Positions 51,390 to 63,020 of a DNA stretch of 64,000 nucleotides are shown here, piece by piece (position 1 is the first letter of the stretch; each line of letters opens with the position of its first letter). Both the position numbers and the translations under genes were made by a program. The notes under the pieces are model-generated. The model was not told the origin of the DNA, searched no databases, and saw nothing but the letters and a program-made list of their open reading frames with translations. The DNA is from Malacoraja senta (taxonomy: Eukaryota): positions 4,590,001 through 4,654,000 of the forward strand of contig CM075995.1 in assembly GCA_038087875.1 (NCBI GenBank). The letters are read 5' to 3'.

Positions 51390-53314
51390 CTGCAAATAAT
51401 TAACAAAAATCATTACTTCTCAACAAAATGGGTCGTATTATATAATTTATATACATTGTAAACCAGCATATGTTGTTTCTTGTGTATTCATATTATATAC
51501 TGGTTAACAATACAAATGCTTGAGGCTGTAAATATACCTCTGAACACTAATCATCTCACAATACAATTCTATAGAACTTTATTTACCCCAGGGGGGAAAT
51601 TGATCTGCCAAGTGCGGCCATAGTGGCACAGCGGTAGAGTTGCTGCCTTACAGCGCTTGCAGCACAGGAGACCCGGGTTTGATCCCAACTATGGGTGCTG
51701 TCTGTACGGAGTTTATATGTTCTCCCCATGACCGCGTTGGTTTTCTCCAAGATCTTCGGTTTCCACACACACTCCAAAGACATACAGGTATGTAGGTTAA
51801 TTGGCTTGGTGTATGTGTACATTGTCCCTAGTGCGTGTAGGATAGTGTTAATGTGCAGGGATCACTGGTCTGTGCGGACTAGGTGGGCCGTAGGGCGTGT
51901 TTCCGCACTGTATATCTGAACTAAACAGTCATAAAACACAAGATACGTGAAAATAAAGCGACGAGTGGAAAGGATTGGGGATGTGCAAAGATTTGGGGAG
52001 GGAGAGGGGTTGTCAGTCTACTCCTCGACAGAAGGGGGAGGAATTGTACAGTTTGATAGCCACAGGGAAGAAGGATCTCCGGTGGGTTCTGTCCTGCATC
52101 TTGGTGGAACCAGTCTATTGCTGAAGATACTCCTCAGGTTGACCAGTGTGTCATGGAGGGGATGAGCTGTATGGTCCAAGATGCTTCGCAGTTTGAGGAG
52201 CATCCTCCCCTCCAAGACCACCTCCCTTGAATCCACCTCCACCCCAGGACAGAACCTGCCTTCCTGATGAGCTTGTTAATCTGTTGGCGTCCACGGCCTT
52301 CTCCCTGCTGCCCCAGCACACGACAGCGAAGAAGATGGCACTGGGCCACCACCAATTGGTAGAACATCTACAGCATCTTATTGCAGGCAATGAAGGAGCG
52401 GAGCCTTCTAAAAAAGTACAGCCGGCTCTGTCCCTTCTTGTACAAGGCCTCAGAGTTCCTGGACCAGTCTAGTTTACTGTCCAGGTAAACTCCAAGGTAT
52501 TTGTACTCCTTGATAAACTGCACATCCACACCATTGATGGAGACAGGGGACAGGAACTTATAGGTATCCCTGCTGTCACATCCCAACACTATTCTCTCAC
52601 TTTAAACAAGTCAATGAAACCTAAATCAGGTTTAGGTTTATTATTGTCATGCTTTGCTTTTCATGCTATCCAAATGGATCAGATAATACTGCACATAAAT
52701 ATAACGAAGTCAACCTCAAGCATAATAGAACTCAAGGGAAGATACCGAGCGCAGAACACAGAATCGTACAGCGTGGAAACAGGCTCTTCGGCCCAACTTG
52801 CCCACTCCAACCAACTTGCCCCATCTACACTAGCCCTACCTGCCTGTATTTTGCCCATATCTCTACAAACCTTTCATATTCCATTCACCTGACCAAATAT
52901 TTCTTAGATGTTCTGATAATATCTGCCTCAACTATCTTCTCTGGCAGCCCGTTCTACATACCAACCACTCTTTGAGTAAAATGGTTGCCCCTCAGGTGCT
53001 TATTAAAAATTTCCCCCCTCACTTTAAACTTATGGCCTCTGGTTCTTGATTCCCCCACTCTGGGTAAAAGACGGAGTAAAGTCAACAATCAGTTCCTTAG
53101 TTTCATTGACATTGAGCAAGATTATTGTTCTGGCACCATTCAATCAGAGGATCACTCTCCCTCCTACACTCTGACTCATCAATATTGTAATTTGTCCAAC
53201 AACGGTGGTGTCATAATATTTCCAGAGCATAACAGTTCCAGAGAAAACGTCCAAAGTCCGCAATGAGGTAGTTTAGAAAAACAGGACTGCACCCGAGGAC
53301 CATTTCAAAGTCTG

Positions 53315-54740
53315 TTTTTCATCTACATCAATGATTTGGATGTGAACATATAGGGCAAGATTAGCAAGTTTGCTGATGATACAAAAGTTAGTGGTTTTGC
53401 AGATAGTGAAGATGGTTGTGAACAATTGCAGCAGATCTGGATCGATTGGCCAGGTGGGCGGAGGAATGGTTGATGGAATTTAATACAGAGAAGTGTGAGG
53501 TGTTGTATTTTGGGATTTCAAAAAAGGGCAGGACCTACACAGTAAATGGTAGGCCTCTGGGTAGTGTTGTAGAGCAGAGGGATCTAGGAGTACAAGTGCA
53601 TGGTTCCATGAAGATCAAGTCGCAGGTAGATAAGGTGGTCAAAAAGGTTTTTGGCACTTGGGCCTTCATCAGTCAGAGTATTGAGTATAGAAGTTGGGAG
53701 GTTATGTTGCAGTTGTGTAAGACGTTGGTGAAACCACATTTAGAATATTGTGTTCAGTTCTGGGCACCATGTTATAGGAAAGATATTGTCAAGCTTGAAA
53801 TGGTTCAGAAAAGATTTACAAAGATGTTGCCAGGACTAGAGGGTGTGAGCTATAGGGAGAGGTTCAGTAGGCTGGGTCTCTATTCCATGGAACGTAGGAG
53901 GATGAGGGGAGATCTTATAGAGGTATACAAAATCATGAGAGGAATAGATCGGGTAGATGCACAGTCTTTTACCCAGAGTAGGGGAATCGAGGACCAGAGG
54001 ACATAGGTTCAAAGTGAAGGGGAAACGATTTAATAGAAATCCGAGGGGTAACCTTTTCACACAAAGGGTGGTGGGTGTTTGGAACAAGTTGCCAGAGGTG
54101 GTAGTTGAGGCTGGGACTATCCCATCGTTTAAGAAACAGTTGGACAGGTACATGGATAGGGCAGGTTTGGAGGGTTATGGACCAAGCGTTGGCAAGTTGG
54201 ACTAGGGTAGCTGGAACATTGTGGGTGAGTTGGGCCGAAGGGCCTGTTTCCACACTGTATTATTCGGACTCTATGACCCGTTGAGTTACTCCAGCACTTT
54301 CTGCACTGTTCTGTGCTCCCTCTCCATTTCGCCCCACAGATGCTGCCTGACCCGCTGAGGTTTTCCAGCAGTTTGAATTTTTGTTTGCTGCAGACCCCAG
54401 CATTCGAGGATTAAATCGGATAGATGCACTGAGTCTCTTGCGCACAGTATGTGAATCGAGGACCAGAGGACAAATTTAAGGTGAAGGGGAAAAGATTGAA
54501 TAGGAATCTGAAGGGTAATTTTTTCCACACAAAGTGTGGTGGGTGTATGGAACAAGCTGTCAGAGGAGGTAATTGAGGCACGGTCTATCCCAACATTTAA
54601 GAAACAGTTAAACTGGTACATGGATAGGACAGGTTTGGAGGGATATGGGCCAAAAGCAGGTAGTGTAGCTGGGACATGTTGGCGGGTGTGGGCAAGTTGA
54701 GCCGAAGGGCCTGTTTCCACGCTGTATCACTCTATGACTC
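53315..54740 (+). mobile_element. CR1 3' fragments
   Basis: [19 protein letters not shown] and TRGH motifs; two successive tails. Confidence 0.88.
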
Positions 54741-54888
54741 TGCATTATACCTCACCATGCATGGATGCTTCAAAATCAAGTGAGATTTATTGCCATCTGC
54801 TCAAGCATGAGCAAGTTACATAGAAACATGGAAAATAGGTGCAGGAATAGGCCATTCAGCCCTTCGAGCCAGCACCGCCATTCAATAT

Positions 54889-55163
54889 AGGGGGCTTGCA
54901 CGTAAGGTCATCGGGTCAAAGGGCGTGACGCACGCAGCCGCTCAATCCATCTGGAGGACATAGTCTGGTCCCTCCGCCACGGGGATAGACCGCGAGTGTG
55001 GAACCAGTCAGCGTGGAGTCCGGATGCTGGGACAGAAGACGGGCCCACTACACTGGAATCCATGGTAGGTGCTTACCTGCAGTTCACCGCGTGTACTCCA
55101 GTTAGCGTTGTGTGGCAACAGTACGGGTCATGGGTCGCGACCCGACTGCCGTGCAACTTCCCT
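54889..55163. mobile_element. ISL2EU-like MITE (275 bp)
   Basis: AGGGGGCTTGCACG...CGTGCAACTTCCCT flanked by AT on both sides. Confidence 0.75.
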
Positions 55164-55165
55164 AT

Positions 55166-56054
55166 AGGGGGGTTGCACGTAAGGTCACTGGGTCATAGGG
55201 CTTGACGCACGGAGCCGCTCAATCCATCTGGAGGACATCGCAGCTTACGGTAATGTTGTTAATACACGAAACGCGTACTTTCCTACCTGTTAAAAACCGG
55301 CAAAAATGTTGAATTTTTGCGCTGTGAAAAATTGTGGAAATCAGGGTAAGCGTGAGAGACATGTACTCAACTTCAGAATTCCAAAAGTGAAGCGAAATGA
55401 AGGTAAAGAGAAGCGAGAGCTGAAGGGACAACAACAGCTAAAGTGCTTGGCGAACATTGGCCGTGCAGATATCGAAATTGAAAATATTGGGAATTATCGC
55501 GTTTGCTCGCTGCATTTCATCAACAGTAAGGCATTATTTGTGTTTTTTCTTGATTCCTTTGGTATCTAAAAAGTCTCAGAAGTGATAAATCTGGCTGTAA
55601 ATTTTGCTTCAGAGGCGTTTTCTTTTTGTATGTAAAAACTCACTTGAGAGCCATGGGCGATTTAAAAAATTTATAGCCAGATTTATCACTTCTGAAATGA
55701 TTTAGATGCTAAAGGAATCAAGAAAAAACACAAATAATCCCTTACTGTTGATGAGATGCAGTGAGCAAACGGCCAATGTTCGCCAAGCACTTTGGCTGTT
55801 GTTGTCCCTTCTATCTACCGTAATTTCTCCTCACTTTTGGAATTCTGAAGTAGGCTAAATGTCTCTCACGCTTATCCCGATTTCCAGAATTATTTACAGC
55901 GCAAAAATTGACCATTTCGGCAGGCTTTAACGGGCCCGCTACGCTGGAAACAATGGTCAGTGCTTACCTGCAGTTCATCGCGTGTACTCCAGTTGGCGTA
56001 GCGTAGCAACAGTACGGGTCATGGGTCGTGACCTGACTGCCGTGCAACCTCCCT
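55166..56054. mobile_element. ISL2EU-like foldback element (889 bp) with two inward-facing THAP exons
   Basis: TIR AGGGGGGTTGCACG / CGTGCAACCTCCCT, AT TSD; plus-strand MLNFCAVKNC...VCSLHF and minus-strand MVNFCAVNNS...FRIPKV. Confidence 0.78.
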
Positions 56055-56438
56055 ATAACCATGGCTGATCATCAAAAATTAGTACCCGGTTCCTGTTTTT
56101 TTACTCATATCACCTCATTCCGCTAGCCCCAAGAGCTAAATCTAACTCTCTCTGAAAAACATCCAGTGAATTGTCCTCCACTGCCTTCTGTGGCAGAGAA
56201 TTCCACAGATTCACAACTCTCTGGGTGAAAAAAGTTTTTCCTCATCTCAGTCCTAAATGGCCTACCACTTATTCTTGTACTGTGACTCCTGGTTCTGGAC
56301 TCCCCCAACATGGGAACATTTTTCCTACAGTTACAGGAGTTAGAGTGAAAATCTAGCAGGCAAGCAGGATATTTTATCCAACCACCCCCATTTGAAGGCC
56401 ACCAACTTCCACCGCTTCTACTACCGCTTCGTACCTAC

Positions 56439-56618
56439 ATCCAACAGCCACTGGTTGTCCTCCAGGATGCAACGAGCCGCAGCCTGGTCCATGCCGGTCA
56501 TCAGGGCGAATTCGGCGCAGAGACTCTCCCGGCAGCGGCGCAACGCTTCCTCCTCGCCTTCGACCTGAGGCCCGGCCGCCTCCGACGGCCCGAGACTCTT
56601 GCACTGAGGCTGCTCCAT
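56439..56618 (-). CDS. TDP2: TDP2 exon 1 (MEQPQCKSLG...LCAEFALMTGMDQAAARCILEDNQWLLD)
   Basis: Strong Kozak context GCCCCGGCC-ATG-G in a CpG-rich segment; resembles the human UBA-like N-terminus (LCVEFA...AQCFLAENDW); donor GAT|GTAGGT, phase 0. Confidence 0.93.
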
Positions 56619-57058
56619 GGCCGGGGCTGCAGCGAGCGGCTCGCCAGCCCCACAAACACTCGCCAGCCCCGGTTCCCCGACCTCCGCCGCCGCCGCCGCC
56701 GCTGCTGCTTCCTTCCCTCCCTCCCTCCCTCCCTCGCTCCCTCCGCCCCGGCTCTCCAATTGCAACACCCGCGACCAGGTTGCTCAGAGCACAACAGCGC
56801 CTCGTCCAAAGCCGGAATCACTCAGAATTACCCAACTATCAAGTCAAGTGTGTTTAATTGTTAAATGCAGCGAAACGGAGCAATAAAAATCTTGCTTGCA
56901 GCAACATAACAGGGCTGTAAACACAGTACCCGTAGAGAATATGGCACTATTATAGTTTGTTTTGTGTGTGTACGTATGTCTGCATATCTATATGTGTTTA
57001 TATATGCCTGCATCGTGCGCTTCTGGCCCTTTGGCCGCACCTGCGCAGTTGTGTGAGG

Positions 57059-57072
57059 GTTGCCATGGCAAC
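57059..57072. promoter_or_regulatory. RFX X-box (GTTGCCATGGCAAC)
   Basis: Exact match to the palindromic RFX consensus, inside an 18-bp perfect palindrome ~440 bp upstream of the TDP2 ATG. Binding is not shown. Confidence 0.7.
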
Positions 57073-57259
57073 CCGCAGCTGTCGACGGTTAAGCGGTCGC
57101 AAGCAGAAGAAAAAGGCGCCATTTTGAGATCGCTATTTTGTCTCATACTTACGTGTGTACTTTGACTGGTGTCACAATGGGGAGCAAACGGGTTCACAAC
57201 TTAACAAAGTAATTCCCTTTATAATCTTTAATTAACTTTCCACCCCCACCCCTTGGCCA

Positions 57260-59698
57260 GCCACAGCTCGCCGGCGAGTTCCGCTAGCTGCAGGGGGTCA
57301 TTTCAGGAAAGTCCTCCAAAATTTGGGCGTAAATGTTCTCCATTGCAGGTTGCGGATTGGCGTGGCGGACGCAGTAGGGCGCAAGGAGATCACTTCCAAT
57401 GTGGAAGTGTGGACGAGGCGTTGCCCCCTCGCGTCTACTAAAAGCGATTGCGCCTGCAGGAAATTAGCGCCCAGCAACGGCTGGGACACATCTGCAATGG
57501 TGAACGGCCAGGTAAAGTGGCAAGAGCCAAAGATAAGTGGGATGGTGCGGACGCCGTAAGTTTGTATGGTGCTACCATTCGTGGCAGTTAATGAGGGCCC
57601 CCGCTTCCTGGAACGAGTGTCCACCGATGAGGGCAAAACGCTGACTTCCGCACCTGTGTCGACCAGGAATCGTCGTCCTGAGCGCCGGTCCCATGCATAT
57701 AAGCGGTGTATCTGACCGACCGACGAAGTGATTACTAGTGGCCGGCCCCGGCATTTCCCGGAAACTAACAGGGCGAGCGGCATTGGCAGGCCGCAGAACC
57801 CCAGCGTTGGTGGTAGAAGCACCACTTCTTCTTACCGGCTTCTCCCGGAACAAGAGACTCAACTGAGCCCCCGGTGGGCGCGGCCCGGGGTCGCTGTGCC
57901 TTCCAAGGCGCTATCGACGCCCGATCGACGAACCTCCGCCCTGCCGCTTGGCAAGCCACAGCTCGTCGGCAAGTCCACTAGCTGCAGGGGGTCATCGAAA
58001 CTCGCCCCTGAGAGGAGCAGGCAGATGTCATCGGACAACTCTAGGAAGGCGTACTCAAAAAGCAGGCAGTGCCGGTGGCCGTCCATGAGCATGAGCATTT
58101 CGCTCATGAGGACTGATGGCTTACGGTCGCCGAGCCCGCCCATGTGGAGGATTCACGCCGCTCGCTCCAAGCGGCTGAGCCCGAAGGTGTGGAGAAGCGG
58201 CGCCTTGAGGGCTTCGTATTTATTGGCAGCTGGTGGCTCGCGCTGGTAAGGCACCAACCGCCCAGCCATCTCCTGGTCGTGCACGCCGACGACATAAAAG
58301 TTGCGGGTGTCGTCGGCTGTAATCCTGCGGATGTGGAATTGAGCCTCAGCCTGCTAACCACCAGGGGCCGCCACAGGACCCCTCCAGAACCAGAGGCACA
58401 GAACGGGAAGAAAAACAAGGAGGCCGGACCTCGTGCATACATCCACACGCAGAGGGGACACGCCCGGTACGGACGAACTCGGGAGTAACCGGGAAGGCGG
58501 ATGCCCCCGACGACGAGGCTGGGCCACCTGTACTGGCTCACTAAGGTCCAAATGGGCCGGCTTCAAACAATCCACAGACACAGTTTCCCACCAACCCCCA
58601 ATGTCCAAAACTAAAGTAATAGGCCCATGCTGTAGCACATGAAAGGGACCCTCATATGGGCACTGCAAAGGCGACCTGTGGGCGTCACGGCGCAGAAAAA
58701 CGTATGAACAGTCCATGAGAGCAGGCGGCACATGGGAAAGAGCCACACAATGGCGAGACGGTCAGGACAGGAGGCAGGGCGCCGACCCTCTCCCGCAAAT
58801 GGATGAACATAGATGACGGCGGCTCCCGGGCCGCACCAGCGGCTGGAATAAATTCCCCGGGAACAGTGAGCGGGACGCCATAGACCAACTTGGCGGAGGA
58901 CAAAGCCAAATCTTCCTTTGGGGTGGTCCAAATACCCAGCAAGACCAACGCACGGCAACTCATCCATCCATTCGGGGCCCGTGAGGCGTGCCTTCAAAGC
59001 GGCCTTGAGATGGCAGTGGAACCACTCCACCAACCCATTGGACTAGGGATGATACGCCGTCATATTGGGAAGCTGTGTCCCCAACAGGCGAGCCATTGTG
59101 GACCACAGCTCAGACGTGAACTGAGAACCCCGGTCCAAGGAGAAACGGGCAATCCAGTGGGCCACGAGGGTACGAGCACAGGACAGGGCAGAAGTGTCCA
59201 CGAGCAGAATGTCCTCTGGCCACTGCGTAAAGCGATCCACCACCGTCAGAAGATGCGAGACACCCGGGATGGAGGCTATCAGAGCGCCCGACAATTCCCA
59301 TAGCCTCCATCTTACGAAACTCCAATTTGGCGATCTGGAGCTTGTCGGGAGGCAGCCTGCGGGCATGGAGTGGTGGTCCCGAAGTAAGAATGTGGTGCAC
59401 CACACCATGTTTAGGGCTGGCAGAGTGGAACTGTGGAGTCAAAATTTCAGGAAAGTCCGCCATTGGGCATAAATGTTCTCCATTGCAGACACCGGGTTGC
59501 GGATTGGCGTGGCGGACGCAGTACGGCGCAAGGCGATTGCTTCCAATGTGGAAGCGTGGACGAGGCGTTGCCCCCTCACGTCTACTAAAAGTGATTGCGC
59601 CCGCAGGAAATCAGCGCCCAGCAACGGCTGGGACACGTCTGCAATGATGAACAGCCAGGTAAAGTGGCAAGAGCCAAAGATAAGCGGGATGGTGCGAC
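57260..59698 (-). mobile_element. Rearranged Ty3/Gypsy fragments (two partial units)
   Basis: Gag-like GLGDRKPS, protease FLVDTGAEVS, integrase LLTVVDRFT, DRGSQF, AYHP and YEGPF motifs; many indels. Confidence 0.88.
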
Positions 59699-59699
59699 C

Positions 59700-62110
59700 C
59701 GACCAAAATGGTCCTTTTGCGCACTTTTAGTCTCAGCCGCCGCGACGAGGCAGCCAGACTCCTTCACATGGATGGTCTCGGCGACCGCAAGCTGTCTGTG
59801 CTTATGAACGAAATGCTCGCCTTGCTGAACGGCCACGAGCCCTGTCTCCTGTTCGAACAGGTTTTCCTAGAACAGATGCCTGATGACATTCTCGTGCTCC
59901 TTGGGTACGAAGATTTCACCAACCCCCGCTGGGTGGCTGCCAGTGCGGACGTTCTGTGGCAGGCCAAACAGCAGGGTGGCGCCACCATTAGCCGGGTGGC
60001 GGCGGTGCCTCAGCAGGTCAAGCGGCCGGTCCCAGCCTCTACTGGGACCAGTGAAGCCGGCCATGTGCGATGCCAGCAAAGGTACGTGGTGGAGCTACTA
60101 CCACCATAGGTGGGGTTCCGAGACCCGCCGATGCTGACCACGCTGCGCGCATCCAGGGAAACGCCTCGGCCGGCCTCCAGTCGTGACTACTGCGGCCGGC
60201 CAGAAGCATCGCCTCCTCTACATCTAGGATCGTCATTCAGGGCGGCGTTTTCTCATGGACACGGGAGCAGACGTCAGCGTTTTGCCCTCATCGTTCCAGT
60301 AAGAGGGGACCTTCTCTGGCTGCCGTCAACGGCAGCAACATCAGGACATACGGAGTCCGCACGATCCTACTCATTTTCGACTCCTGTCACTTTTCCTGGC
60401 TTTTCACAATCGCCGATGTCTCCCTACCGCTGCTGGGTGCCGATTTCCTCCGAGCACACTCCCCGCGATGTGAAGGGACAGCGTTTTGTCCATTCTAAGA
60501 CGTTCGAGTCGATCGCCTTGCGCCACGCTGACTTGATTGCGCCGCATCTCGGCTAGGTGACCTCCAATAACGAGTACACCTGGATCTTGGCCAAGTTCCC
60601 CGACATCCTAACCCCTCAGTTCACAACGGCCAGCCCCATGCATGGGGTAAAGCACCATATCCCCACCACCGGACCGCCACTCCATGCACGCGCACTTAGA
60701 CTGCCCCCCGACAAGCTCCAACTGGCCAAAGATGAGTTCTGCAGGATGGATGAAATGGGCATTGTGCCCTCAGACAGCCCGTGGGCATCTACGCTTCACA
60801 TGATCCCCAAAGCGGCTGGAGACTACAGTCTCAACGACGTCACAACGGCCGACAGGTACCCTGTCCCTCACATCCAGGACTTCACGGCCAATCTGGACGG
60901 CGCCAAGGTTTTTTCCAAAATCGACCTGTTACGTGGCTACCATCAAATTCCAGTCATCCCCAAGACGGCTTTCATCACCCCCACCCCCTTCGGGCTCTGC
61001 AAGTTTCTGCAGATGCCTTTCGCCCTCAAGAACGCCACTCAGGCTTTCCAACGGCTCATGGACATGGTGGGCCGCGGGCTGGATTTCCTGTTCAATTACC
61101 TTGACGACATCCTTGTCGCCAGCTGCTCTCGCCAGGAACACCGCGCACACCTCTGGCTGCTCTGCCTGGCCATCAACCTTGCTAAGTGTCAGTTTGGCCT
61201 CCCTTCCATCAGTTTGCTTGGCCACCACATCGATCAGCAAGGTGCGGTCCTGCTCCCGTCCAAGGTCAAGGCCATTCGCCAGTTTCCCAAACCCTCTACG
61301 GCGAACAAACTCCAAGAGTTTGTTGGCATGGTAAATTCTTATCACCGTTTCGTGCCAGCAGCCGCCAGGATCATGCAACCGCTGTTCAAGGCCATGGTCA
61401 GCAAACAGAGAGAGCTTGTTTGGGACGACGCAGCCATGACCGCTTTCAACAACGTCAAAGAGGAGCTGGCAAAGGTGACTATGCTGGTCCATTCACGGGC
61501 CAATGCGCCGACCGAGTTCACGGTGGCCGCATCTGGCACTGCCATTAGTGGAGTGCTGGAACAACTGATCGACGGAAGCTGGAAACCCCTCTCCTGTCCC
61601 ACACCGCCATCAATTCCATCCACGTTTTGGCCCCAGGTGTCGACTTCAGGGCCCTGGCGGCCACACAGCGTGAGGATGGGGAGATGGTCGCGTACTGCAC
61701 CGCCATCTCAGGTCTGTTGTTGGAGTTTGTGCGATTAGAGCCCGCTGATGCCACGCTCCTTTGTGACGTGTCGACTGGACAGCCGAGACGCGTCATCCCC
61801 GCAGTTTGGCGCCGCCGGATATTCAACATGGTTCATGGTTTGGCTCTCCCTTCCATCTGGGCAACAACGGCTCTGGTGGCAGCCAAGTTCATGTGACACG
61901 GGTTGCACAAGCAGGTCGGCAACTGGGCCAGAGTGTGCATCCCCTGTCAAACGTCCAAGGTTCAGCGTCACATCAAGGCGCCCTTGCAGAATTTCGCCCT
62001 GCCACACCGGGCATATCTACGTCGACATCCTGGGACCCCTGCATCCATCCAGAGGTGTCATCCACCTTCTCACCATCGTGGACCGATTCACGAGATGGCC
62101 GGAAGCCGTC
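59700..62110 (+). mobile_element. Degenerate Ty3/Gypsy gag-pol
   Basis: Gag, protease, RT (KIDL..GYHQ, MPF, YLDD), RNase H start, integrase C-x2-C and VDRFTRWPEA; no LTR seen. Confidence 0.9.
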
Positions 62111-62112
62111 AA

Positions 62113-63020
62113 TTCTCTATATTAAACTCCATCAACCATTCCTCAGCCCACCTAGCTAGTCGATCAAGATCCTGCTGCAATTTTTGACCACGATCTTCCC
62201 AATCTATAATACGTCCCATTTAAGTGTCATCTGCAAACTTACTAATCATGCCTCAACTACATCTGATGGCATCTCATTGCAACTTAGGTCATGTGATAGG
62301 AGCAGAATTGGACCATTTGGCTGATCAAGTCTACTCCACCATTCAATCAAGGCTGATCTATCTCTCCCTCCAAACCCCATTCTCCTGCCTTCTCCCCATA
62401 ACCCCTGACATCCGTACTAATCAAGAATCTATCTATCTCTGCTTTAAAAATATCCATTGACTTGGCCTCCACACAGCCGTCTGTGGCAAAGAATTCCACA
62501 GATTCACCACCAACATACTGATTCCCCTACCCTGGGTAAAAAGCACTGTGCATTCACCCCAATTATTCCTCTCATCATTAATACACGTCTATAAGACCAC
62601 CCCTCATCCTCCTATGCTCCAAGGAATAAAATCCTAACCAATCCAATCTCTCCTTATAGCTAAGGCCCTCGAATCATGGCAACATCCTCGTAAATCTTCT
62701 CTGCACACTTTCCAGCTTAATGGCATCTTTCCCACAAGGAGGGGAAACATTCACCGACCAAATCAAGTCATCCATCATTCCTTTCACAAATAAATAATAA
62801 AGTTTTGCTCAGTATTTCGAACAACCCCCTAATAGAAGTGAGCGAACATTCATTACAAGTGTCCCACCTCACCGTGACAATAAAAACATTCTGTAATGAT
62901 AGCCTCATTAATCCCACTGGCAATGTCGTAAACTGTTCGATCAATCTGGTGGAAGGGTGGAGCCCACAATGGCCCATTGTTGGCTGGGGAAGACAAAGGG
63001 ATACAAGGATGCGAACAGTC
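62113..63020 (+). repeat. Copy B of the ~0.91 kb direct duplication
   Basis: Runs from ttctctatattaaactcc to gatgcgaacagtc, as in 3624-4538. Confidence 0.92.

Larger units (their letters stand above)
13399..56618 (-). other. TDP2: TDP2 gene span (7 coding exons, 366 aa; N-terminal UBA-like region plus EEP phosphodiesterase domain)
   Basis: Exons found by manual minus-strand translation. Lengths 180+98+162+92+119+171+279=1101 nt, intron phases 0,2,2,1,0,0 all compatible. Motifs TWNVDGLD, FLQEV, TSHLES, GDTNLR, TWDT, RFDR and SDHWG match the TDP2 family. Confidence 0.97.
56400..57170 (-). promoter_or_regulatory. TDP2 promoter / CpG-rich 5' region
   Basis: CpG-rich around exon 1, with (GCC)n and (CCCT)n tracts in the leader; X-box palindrome at 57057-57074; YY1-like GGCGCCATTTTG at 57115-57126. 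Confidence 0.7.

Noticed and set aside
55306..55569. Host THAP-domain gene
   Set aside because: Bounded by TIRs and TSD, three related copies in the window, and the conserved Trp is replaced by Cys here; a transposon remnant.
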